From NCBI GenBank assembly GCA_038231455.1, contig JBBRLI010000002.1, positions 196,337 to 260,336 on the forward strand: a stretch of 64,000 nucleotides of DNA, in the 5' to 3' direction. The position numbers and the translations under genes were made by a program. Positions 56,641-64,000 of this stretch are shown in pieces; position 1 is the stretch's first letter, and every line of letters begins with the position of its first letter. Under the pieces are notes generated by a model. That model was not told the origin of the DNA, made no database searches, and saw only the letters and a program-made list of their open reading frames with translations. The stretch comes from Vulcanimicrobiales bacterium (GTDB lineage: Bacteria > Vulcanimicrobiota > Vulcanimicrobiia > Vulcanimicrobiales > Vulcanimicrobiaceae).

Positions 56641-57349
56641 GGAGCGCCTTCAGAACGGCTTGCGTCTGACGCAGCAAACTTTTGAACGGCATGCGCGTCG
56701 GGCCGGTACGGCGATCGTCGGGCCACGCTAAGTGGGCGGGAATTTCAACGACATGCTCGCCGGCCGTAATCGCGCGCAGGAGGAGGGCGGTATTGAACTC
56801 GCCTTCGATCGTCGTAAGGTCGGATGTCGCGATGAACGTGCTTGAATACGCACGCACCATGCCGGTGAACGTCGCAAGTGACGAGCCCGTCCGGTTGGCG
56901 ACGACGATATTTGCCGCGCGGCTGGCGACGTTGCGAACGAGCGGCACGTTTGAGACCATCCCGCCGGCGGCGTACGGCGATGCAACGACGATCGCGGCAT
57001 GGGTCGCACGCTGGACGTCGACCAGAACGCCGATGTGTTCGGGTTGGTAGCTTAGATCGGCATCCAAGGTTACGATTGGATCGCCCGTTGCTGCCTGCAA
57101 CCCGTCGATGAGGGCGGCGGCAAGGCCGCGATTGCGCGAATGCCGGATCAAGCGAATGTTTGGATCGGTTGCCGCGAGTGCTGCGATGCGTTCCGCCGTT
57201 TTATCGGTGCTGCCATCATCGACGACGACGATCTCGCACTGGTCGCCGCGGACGGCGCAGTAATCGGCCAGACGCGCCAGCGTGGCGACGATCGTCGCTT
57301 CTTCGTTATACGCCGGAACCACGAGGGAAAGCATAGTGCAAGCGTGCAC
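56609..57349 (-). CDS. Glycosyltransferase family 2 (polyprenol-phosphate sugar synthase-like)
   Basis: VVPAYNEE, VVVDDGSTD, LDADLSY. Confidence 0.9.
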   Translation of the reverse strand: MHACTMLSLVVPAYNEEATIVATLARLADYCAVRGDQCEIVVVDDGSTDKTAERIAALAATDPNIRLIRHSRNRGLAAALIDGLQAATGDPIVTLDADLSYQPEHIGVLVDVQRATHAAIVVASPYAAGGMVSNVPLVRNVASRAANIVVANRTGSSLATFTGMVRAYSSTFIATSDLTTIEGEFNTALLLRAITAGEHVVEIPAHLAWPDDRRTGPTRMPFKSLLRQTQAVLKALRDSITLPSTR

Positions 57350-57391
57350 ACGGAAGGCGCACCTCTAACGTGCCGCCGAGGTCCCTTCTCC

Positions 57392-57405
57392 GGGACTAAC
57401 GTCCC
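57392..57405. promoter_or_regulatory. DosR/NarL-like palindrome
   Basis: GGGACTAACGTCCC in divergent GT2/tRNA-Arg intergenic region. Confidence 0.4.
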
Positions 57406-57465
57406 CGGGTGGTCGGTCCTCCGCCGGGAGGGCGTTCGTGTTGAAGCGAACGCTCTTGACGACAT

Positions 57466-57543
57466 GCGCCCGTAGCTCAATCTGGATAGAGCGAGGGACT
57501 CCTAAGCCCTAGGTTGCTGGTTCGATTCCAGTCGGGCGCACCA
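57466..57543 (+). tRNA. tRNA-Arg(CCT)
   Basis: GCGCCCG/CGGGCGC acceptor, loop CTCCTAA, GGTTCGATTCC, encoded CCA. Confidence 0.93.
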
Positions 57544-57548
57544 AAGTT

Positions 57549-59226
57549 GTGATGGAACCGCGACGCGTTTACGTCATCGTGCGGGCGGCCGGACTCGCCG
57601 CCGCGATCGTCCTGCTCCCGCTTTTTGCCCGGGCGGAATGGTCGCGTCTTCGCGTCGGCGATGCCGTTTATGTCGGGGGCGCACTCGTGGTAATGGGCCT
57701 GCTGGCCCCTCCTGCGCGCGCCGCTCCCGCTTTTCGGGCGCTACGGGCGACGCGATGACGGTGAAGGCGGTGTGCTCGCGCTGCCGATGATCGTCGTCGT
57801 CTTCGCGGTCTACGGTTGGTACGAAGCCGCACTGCTCTCGGTCGTCGGCGTGTTGCTCAGTCCCGCTCCGGGGCGGCGCATGACGTTTGCCGATCGCGTC
57901 CTCTCAGCCGCGACGCGCGTGGTGTTTTGGATTGCGATCTCCCCGCTGCACGACCTCATCGCCGAAACGCTGCGAACGCCCGGATGGCGCGGCTATGGAC
58001 TTTTCGGGCTTATCAATATGCTCTGGATATTCGTGTTCGTCTTCGCGTATAACGACACGCTAATGGCGCTTCGCTCGGGGAAATCGATCGTCAGCATCTG
58101 GCGCGGACGGACCGTCGGACTGCGAACGCTGACCATCCTTGCGGCGCTCGTTTTCTGGGGTTTCATCAGCCAGGAAATTCTCCGTCGCGAAGGCGCGGGA
58201 TTTGGTCTTGCGCTTGCGTTTCCGCTACCGGCGCTCGGCGTCGCGCTCGCGCAGCTCAACCGCTACCGATTGCGCGTGCAGCGGCTCACGCTTTCGCGCG
58301 ATGCGGTCGATGCGATGCTCGGCAAGACCGATCCCATCCCGCAAATCAAATCGATCTTGGCGACGGTCGATCCGCGTATCGTGCGCGAGTCGATCGAAAT
58401 CTTTGCGCTTGGCGGGGCGCGCCACGACCGGTGGTCGAGTGTCGCTAACGTCGGCTCGCTTCCGAGTAAAGGGCTGCAGCTCTTGAGTACGCGCGCGCTC
58501 ACGGCGATCGGTCGCAGTACGGAGCGGCTCGAAGTCGCACGCGGAAGCGACGGCTACGCGCTTGCCTACGCGGCTCGCGATGATGGCGGTGCACTACTCG
58601 GTGCGCTCGTCGTCTATCGCGATCTTGCGTTCGCCCCGCTCGTCGCGCCGCGCGAGTTCGAGCGCGCTGCCGAAGAAATCGCGCCGCTCTTGCGCGAATT
58701 CGGAACGATCGTCACCCAGCGCACGGAAGCCGCGATCGACACCCTCACGGGACTTGCGAACCGTCGCGCGGTCGGCGTCGCCGTTGAAGACGCCGTGCGC
58801 CATATCCGCTCCGGCGGAACGTATGCAATGTTACTCCTCGATGTCGATCACTTCAAACGGATCAACGATCAGCTCGGGCATGCAGCCGGCGACCGGGCCC
58901 TCGCGCGCATCGGCGAGATCATCGCGCGAACGGTGCGTGAGGACGATCTCGCCGGACGGTTTGGCGGCGAGGAATTCATCGTGCTCATGCGCGATGCGGA
59001 GCGCGAGATCGCGCTGACCGTGGCCGAACGATTACGGATGGCCATCGAAGAGAGCGGCCTGACGTATTACGATGGCTCACCGATCACCATCAGTATCGGC
59101 GTTGCGTTCTCGCGCACGAGCGATCGTAGCGGCGAAGCGATTATCGAGCGCGCCGACGGCGCGCTGTACCAAGCGAAAGACCGCGGCCGCAATCGCGTCG
59201 TCGAAGCGCCGCTCCTTAGCGTGTAA
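57549..59226 (+). CDS. Membrane-bound diguanylate cyclase, apparently frameshifted near 57706-57709
   Basis: DTLTGLANRR, LLDVDHFK.IND..GH..GD, RxxD I-site (REDD) and GGEEF; N-terminal TM region split over two frames (57549-57758, 57772-59226). Confidence 0.85.
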
Positions 59227-59256
59227 CTCGTCCTGGGATGGGCGAGCGCACCTGGC

Positions 59257-59448
59257 TTACTCGCGTTCGACCGATTCGACGATTGCATCTCCGTCGCGGT
59301 CGATCGTTACGGTGAACACGAGCGGGCGGCAGCAGACGGGGCAATCTTCGATCAGCTTCTGGCGGCTGCCGCCGCTCGGATCGACCGCAACGTAATTATG
59401 TTCGTTACATGAGGGGCAGTCGTACCCGGCATCGGATTCCAGCGGCAT
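59257..59448 (-). CDS. CPXCG-motif-like cysteine-rich protein
   Basis: YDCPSC...VDPSGG..Q.LIEDCPVCCRP. Confidence 0.85.
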   Translation of the reverse strand: MPLESDAGYDCPSCNEHNYVAVDPSGGSRQKLIEDCPVCCRPLVFTVTIDRDGDAIVESVERE

Positions 59449-59501
59449 CGTCAGTCGTAATGCCGGACGGCGGGCCAAAGCACCTCGGGAGCGATCGTCA
59501 T
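59434..59501. repeat. Direct repeat copy A (glycosyltransferase 3' end + CPXCG gene start)
   Basis: Matches 60664-60732 with 5 substitutions and 1 indel. Confidence 0.9.
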
Positions 59502-59512
59502 GGCGCGCCCGA

Positions 59513-60646
59513 TCAAGGGCGTTCCGACTTCATGGCGAGCGGCCGGACCGCTTCGACCAGCGTCACCAAGAATTTTCCCGGTTCTTCCAACATCACGAAA
59601 TGCGAACTGTGTTCGAACGTGACGAACGACTTACTGGGCGACGTGATCCGATCGAAATAGGTCTTTGCCGTTTCATAAGGCGTCATCAGATCGTATCTGC
59701 CCATCATGAAGACGATCGGGACATGGAAATGAAATCCTTGACTGGCAAGTGGGTTATTGGGCGCGAGCTCGCCGATCGAGCGGCCGAACCAGCTGTTTGC
59801 TTCGATCCAGTCGCGCAGATCGTGGTCGTCATATTCCGGCGCAAGCAATGGTAACTCGTACAAGAGTTGGAAATCCGGCCAGCCATACCAGCCGCCGTTG
59901 TAGCGCTTTACCCATTTGCGAACCGCCAGCGCGCTTGCGATCGAAATCGATCCGTCCGCTGAAGGATAGGGCGCAAGCGCTGTGAGCGCTGCAATTGCAT
60001 CCTGATTGCCTGCCGCCGTTGCTCGTGTAAGCGCACCGCGATAGACCTCCGCTTCACCACGATCGTCAAACGCCTGGCCGACGCCAACGTAAGCGGCGAT
60101 CGCATCGGGTCGTTCCATGGCGAGTTGCGCGCCGATCTGGCTGCCATACGAGAATCCCATCACGATGATCTTGCGTTTGCCGAATTCGCGGCGCAGCCAA
60201 TCGGTCACCTCGGCAGCATCCTTGACGAGTTGCGCCAGCGTGACCGTCGGCGCGAGCGCATCGTGATCGCTTCCCTGCCAGTTCTTACCGGCGCCGCGCT
60301 GATCCCAATTTACAACGGTGAAATAATCTTCCCACCCGTTCTGATACGCCCAGTCGAGATGCATCGTTGGCGTGCCGGGGCCGCCATGAATCATCAAAAG
60401 CACCGGATTGCCTCGGTCGCGCCCACGCAGCGAGAGCCATTGCGGCACACCGCCGATCGCGACCCGTTCGAGGCGCTCGATGCCGTTCGGCGTGCGAATT
60501 CGGCGAAGGTCGGTGATCGCTTGGACAGCGGCTGCACGCGCAGCGATCGAGACCTCACTCGGCGCCCGTTCATCGGCCTGCGCCGGAGCGAGCCCGAGAG
60601 TCGCAGTAACGATCAGCGCCACGGCCAAACCCAGATAAGAACTCAT
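59513..60646 (-). CDS. Secreted alpha/beta hydrolase (proline iminopeptidase-like)
   Basis: GAGGTG RBS, signal peptide, HGGPG, WDQRGAGK, GFSYG nucleophile elbow, HSSH. Confidence 0.9.
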   Translation of the reverse strand: MSSYLGLAVALIVTATLGLAPAQADERAPSEVSIAARAAAVQAITDLRRIRTPNGIERLERVAIGGVPQWLSLRGRDRGNPVLLMIHGGPGTPTMHLDWAYQNGWEDYFTVVNWDQRGAGKNWQGSDHDALAPTVTLAQLVKDAAEVTDWLRREFGKRKIIVMGFSYGSQIGAQLAMERPDAIAAYVGVGQAFDDRGEAEVYRGALTRATAAGNQDAIAALTALAPYPSADGSISIASALAVRKWVKRYNGGWYGWPDFQLLYELPLLAPEYDDHDLRDWIEANSWFGRSIGELAPNNPLASQGFHFHVPIVFMMGRYDLMTPYETAKTYFDRITSPSKSFVTFEHSSHFVMLEEPGKFLVTLVEAVRPLAMKSERP

Positions 60647-60663
60647 GTCTGCACCTCGCATTG

Positions 60664-60732
60664 GGATTCCAGCGGGCATCTTCAGTCGTAGTGCCGGACA
60701 GCGGGCCAAAGCACTTCGGGCGCGATCGTCAT
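60664..60732. repeat. Direct repeat copy B
   Basis: Matches 59434-59501. Confidence 0.9.
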
Positions 60733-62184
60733 TCTGCGCGCGACGAAGATCGTGACGTTCTCATACGGCATCGCGTGCGGCGTACGGAGCGTTTCGAACG
60801 CACGCACATCCGCAAAGGCGCGCCGGTGATCGGCTATTCGGCCGCCGACGATGATGTAGGTCGTCGCGCCGTGCGGACCCCACAGCCAATAGCTGTTATG
60901 ACCGGATATCGCGGGCGGAACGCCAGCGCCATAAAAATCGACCGCACCCGCTTCACCGTAATTCTGCGTATACACCGCGGCGTGTTCGCGTTCGGCGAGG
61001 GTCAGTGTGGCGGTTGCACGTTCGACGGCACGCGCGAGTTCGCGCCAGCCGAATTCGTCGGCAAACGTTTGCGGGATCGTGCTCGTATCGGCAACTTCGT
61101 CTTTTTGCAAATGCACGTGCAGGGCGCCGAGGACGGTGTCCTGATAGTGCACGTAGGTCTCGATTGGGAGGAGCGGCTCGGCGAGTGGTGCGAGGACCAG
61201 CGCACCCGCAGCGGCGAGCGCCGCGTACGTTACCGGAAGCCAGCGCACGCGCCGGCACAGACGCTCGAACGCGACGCCGCCCGCGGCAATGACCATTGGG
61301 TATGCGCCAACGAGGTAATAGTCTTTGGCGTGCATCGCCAGAAAAAATACGAAGAGTACGACGAACGTCACGCCGAGAAAACGCACGCGTCGGAGGTGCG
61401 GATCGACGAGTAGCGCGATCGTCCCGCCGATCCAAAGCAGTGCAGCAAGCGGCGTGAAAACGACGATTTGCGAGGCGATGTAACCGAGCGGCGAAAGCAC
61501 GACGTTTTTTCCGCTCGCACCCGCGCGCAACAATTCGACGAACGGGAATCCGTGTTGGATCTGCCACACGAGGCTAAAAGATGCGATTCCGAACGCGTAC
61601 AAGACGCCGCGTGCGAAATTCTTCGTGCGAAGCGTGCCGCGCGGACCGACGGCGAGTAGCGAGACGAGAAGCGCGATCAAGAAGAAGAGAATCGTGTACT
61701 TCGTTTCGAGCGTCACGCCCGCGATTATGCCGGCAGCCATCCACCATGTTGCGTCCTCTTCGATAACCGCGCGCGCGGCGAAGTAGGCAACGAGCGTCCA
61801 CAACAGCGGCTCGAATGTCGTCGTGTTGAGAGTCGCGGTAACGCCGACGATCACGGGAGCCAACCCGACCGCTAGTCCCGCTAGCACTTGCGCGATCGTC
61901 TTTCCGCCAAGCAGCCGAACGAGGGCGCAGGTGACGAGTACGGCACCAGCCGCGCTGAGTGCCGGAATCGATCTCAGCAAAATGAGATTGTGGCCAGCCG
62001 TTTGCGAGAGGGCGGCGATCCACGGAATCAGCGGGGGTTGGTCGACGTACCCGAGTGCCAGATGGCGTCCGCAGGCGATGAAGTAGAGTTCGTCGCGGAA
62101 GAAGTCATAGCGACCCGCGGCGACCAGGTGAAGTGCAAATGGCACGAGAGCCAGCAGCCAAGGAAGCGCGCGACGATCCGCCAT
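60682..62184 (-). CDS. ArnT/PMT-like (GT-C) integral membrane glycosyltransferase
   Basis: RDELYF...GYVDQPPL, many TM helices, NYGEAGA, SGHNSYWLWGP. Confidence 0.88.
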   Translation of the reverse strand: MADRRALPWLLALVPFALHLVAAGRYDFFRDELYFIACGRHLALGYVDQPPLIPWIAALSQTAGHNLILLRSIPALSAAGAVLVTCALVRLLGGKTIAQVLAGLAVGLAPVIVGVTATLNTTTFEPLLWTLVAYFAARAVIEEDATWWMAAGIIAGVTLETKYTILFFLIALLVSLLAVGPRGTLRTKNFARGVLYAFGIASFSLVWQIQHGFPFVELLRAGASGKNVVLSPLGYIASQIVVFTPLAALLWIGGTIALLVDPHLRRVRFLGVTFVVLFVFFLAMHAKDYYLVGAYPMVIAAGGVAFERLCRRVRWLPVTYAALAAAGALVLAPLAEPLLPIETYVHYQDTVLGALHVHLQKDEVADTSTIPQTFADEFGWRELARAVERATATLTLAEREHAAVYTQNYGEAGAVDFYGAGVPPAISGHNSYWLWGPHGATTYIIVGGRIADHRRAFADVRAFETLRTPHAMPYENVTIFVARRMTIAPEVLWPAVRHYD

Positions 62185-62193
62185 TGCCTTACT

Positions 62194-62595
62194 TCACGCC
62201 GCTGCGAGGAGTTTCGCTAGCGCGATCCCCCCAAACGCGGCGGCCAAGCCGGCAATCACGCTCGCCGCACTATAGATGAAGGCCCACACCCATTCCGAGC
62301 CCCGGACGTAGACGGTCATCTCGAGGGCCAAGCTCGAAAACGTGGTGAAGCCCCCGAGCACGCCGACGACGAGGAACAGCCGGGCCTCTGGGGTCACTCC
62401 GTAAGCTTTGAGGACGGCCAGCTCGGCGATCAGGCCGATCAAGAACGAGCCGAGCACGTTCACGATGAGCGTCCCCAAAGGCAAGGGATAGGGAATTCGT
62501 CCCAAAGCCCAGACCCCGACCAAATAGCGGGCAATCGACCCGACCCCCCCGCCGAGGCCGACGGAGAAAATCGCAGTCCAGCTGGCTCCACTCAC
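62194..62595 (-). CDS. crcB: Fluoride efflux channel
   Basis: GGGVGSIARY, GTLIVNVLGSF, GVLGGFTTFSS. Confidence 0.93.
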   Translation of the reverse strand: MSGASWTAIFSVGLGGGVGSIARYLVGVWALGRIPYPLPLGTLIVNVLGSFLIGLIAELAVLKAYGVTPEARLFLVVGVLGGFTTFSSLALEMTVYVRGSEWVWAFIYSAASVIAGLAAAFGGIALAKLLAAA

Positions 62596-62612
62596 GAGGG
62601 CCGGGGTTTGAG

Positions 62613-62641
62613 TTTACACCCCGGGCGTCCTGTGCTAAGAT
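62613..62641 (+). promoter_or_regulatory. Probable rpmG promoter
   Basis: TTTACA-17 bp-TAAGAT with extended -10 TG. Confidence 0.6.
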
Positions 62642-62716
62642 GGGGTGCCGAACGGACCGTGTGTCCGTTTCTTTCATGTTCGGCTGTCGGCGGCCCCGGA
62701 CGTCTTAGGAACAAAA

Positions 62717-62881
62717 ATGGCGAAAAAAGAGAACCGTGTGATGGTCACGATGGCTTGCACCGAGTGCAAACGCCGCAATTACAACACGCAAAAAAATAAA
62801 CAACACAACACCGACCGCCTCGAACTGGCGAAGTATTGCCGTTTCTGCCGGTGCCATAAACCGCATCGCGAAACCAAGTAA
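62717..62881 (+). CDS. rpmG: 50S ribosomal protein L33 (Zn-binding C+ type)
   Basis: [14 protein letters not shown]....RLEL.KYCRFC..H..HRETK. Confidence 0.96.
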   Translation: MAKKENRVMVTMACTECKRRNYNTQKNKQHNTDRLELAKYCRFCRCHKPHRETK

Positions 62882-62955
62882 CTTCCGCTCGCGTCCCCGA
62901 TTTTCGGGTACAATCGAGTCACCTCAAGAGCCACAGACCACGTCGTGTACATGTG

Positions 62956-63009
62956 TTCGCCAGCGTAAGGCTGGTGAATTCGGATTCGGCAGCGTAAGGC
63001 TGGTGAATC
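62956..63009 (+). repeat. Tandem hairpin repeat upstream of tRNA-Trp
   Basis: CAGCGTAAGGCTGGTGAAT at 62961-62979 and 62990-63008. Confidence 0.8.
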
Positions 63010-63014
63010 CATCT

Positions 63015-63090
63015 AGGGTGGTAGCTCAATTGGTAGAGTCCTGGTCTCCAAAACCAGTTGTTGCAGGTTCGAGTCCTGTCCGCCCTGCCA
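63015..63090 (+). tRNA. tRNA-Trp(CCA)
   Basis: CTGGT-CTCCAAA-ACCAG anticodon arm; encoded CCA; canonical position before secE. Confidence 0.96.
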
Positions 63091-63114
63091 AATCTTTCTA
63101 GTCGGGAATCAGCT

Positions 63115-63387
63115 ATGAAACGTACGATTGTCCCTCCGAAGAACGGCGCCCCCGCGAAGCGGCCCGCACCGGCAAAAGCCACGGCGCAGCAGCGTCAGGC
63201 TAGCGCCATGCGTACGCAAGAATTCGTGCAAGGCATCGTCTCCGAGATGAAACGCGTGACGTGGCCGACACGCGATGAGTGGGTCTCGGCAACGATTCTC
63301 ACGATCGTGTTGGTGGTTGCTGTCGGCTTCTACACCTTCGGTGTGGACTGGATCTTCGAGAAGCTCTTCGGGCTGGTTCGCCACTAA
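63115..63387 (+). CDS. secE: Preprotein translocase subunit SecE
   Basis: EMKRVTWPTRDE followed by one TM helix. Confidence 0.94.
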   Translation: MKRTIVPPKNGAPAKRPAPAKATAQQRQASAMRTQEFVQGIVSEMKRVTWPTRDEWVSATILTIVLVVAVGFYTFGVDWIFEKLFGLVRH

Positions 63388-63394
63388 GGTATCC

Positions 63395-64000
63395 ATGGAA
63401 ACTGAAGAAACCGTCCCTCCGCTCGTCCCGGAATCCGCGCCGCCGACAGCCGCCTCGAAGAATGCCGACCGCAAGAAGTGGTACGTGATTCACACGTACT
63501 CCGGCTACGAGAATAAGGTGAAAGCCAATCTCGAGCGCCGTATCCACTCGATGGCGATGACCGACAAGATCTTTCGCGTCCTCGTGCCGATGGAAGACGA
63601 AGTCGAGTTTAAAGACGGCAAGCGCAAGATCACGCCCAAGAAAGTCTTTCCGGGTTACGTGCTCGTCGAGATGGACATGGACGACGCGTCTTGGTACGTC
63701 GTGCGCAACACCTCGGGTGTCACCGGCTTCGTCGGCTCGCCCGGCTCGGGTGAAAAGCCTGTCCCGCTGCAAGACAAAGAAGTGAAAACGATCCTTAAGC
63801 AAATGGGCATCGAGACGCCCAAGCTCAAGATCGACTTTGCCAAAGGCGACCGCGTCAAAGTCACCTCGGGACCGTTCTTCGACTTCACCGGTATCGTCGA
63901 TGAGATCCAGCCGGAAAAAGAAAAAGTCCGCGCGCTCATCTCGATCTTCGGTCGCGAGACCCCCGTCGAACTCGAGTTCTACCAGATCGAAAAGGTCTAG
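63395..64000 (+). CDS. nusG: Transcription termination/antitermination factor NusG
   Basis: WYVIHTYSGYENKVK, FPGYVLVEM, SGPF.DF.G, IFGRETPVEL. Confidence 0.97.
   Translation: METEETVPPLVPESAPPTAASKNADRKKWYVIHTYSGYENKVKANLERRIHSMAMTDKIFRVLVPMEDEVEFKDGKRKITPKKVFPGYVLVEMDMDDASWYVVRNTSGVTGFVGSPGSGEKPVPLQDKEVKTILKQMGIETPKLKIDFAKGDRVKVTSGPFFDFTGIVDEIQPEKEKVRALISIFGRETPVELEFYQIEKV

Noticed and set aside
62596-62716. Fluoride riboswitch upstream of crcB
   Set aside because: No GGCGATG...CGCC / GATGAC-type consensus seen on the minus strand; the region looks like the rpmG promoter
62956-63009. Mini CRISPR array
   Set aside because: Only two copies, with 10 nt between the identical cores, far too short for a spacer

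Overview
High-GC bacterial chromosome segment. A diderm is inferred from the TonB-domain, beta-barrel and porin-cytochrome genes, and the gene set resembles Vulcanimicrobiota/Eremiobacterota (inference only). 1-25.6 kb is an aromatic/N-heterocycle catabolic island: three phthalate-dioxygenase-type Rieske oxygenases, a cupin pair, a 4,5-dihydroxyphthalate-decarboxylase-like gene, three class II aldolase-fold genes, an IorAB-like molybdoenzyme, several ABC systems, and GntR and MarR regulators. 25.7-64 kb is the housekeeping backbone gltX-cysE-cysS-rlmB-sigH ... tRNA-Thr/Tyr/Gly/Thr/Arg ... rpmG-tRNA-Trp-secE-nusG, split apart by accessory DNA. That accessory DNA includes a mazEF-type pair and a 1.5-kb remnant integrative element at tRNA-Thr(TGT), with a 46-bp att repeat, arm-type repeats, an integrase stub and hicA-hicB plus an unannotated Zn-finger ORF. 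It also includes a SARP/BTAD-STAND regulator whose two downstream genes share a TTGGACG-N4-TTGGACG-N9-TAnnnT leaderless promoter architecture, a Cyc2-like cytochrome-porin, a free-standing PD-(D/E)XK endonuclease whose stop codon lies inside tRNA-Thr(GGT), an amino-sugar cluster, a frameshifted diguanylate cyclase, and a hydrolase flanked by a ~69-bp synonymously diverged duplication. No rRNA or CRISPR array was seen. All calls are from reading the sequence; no database searches were run.
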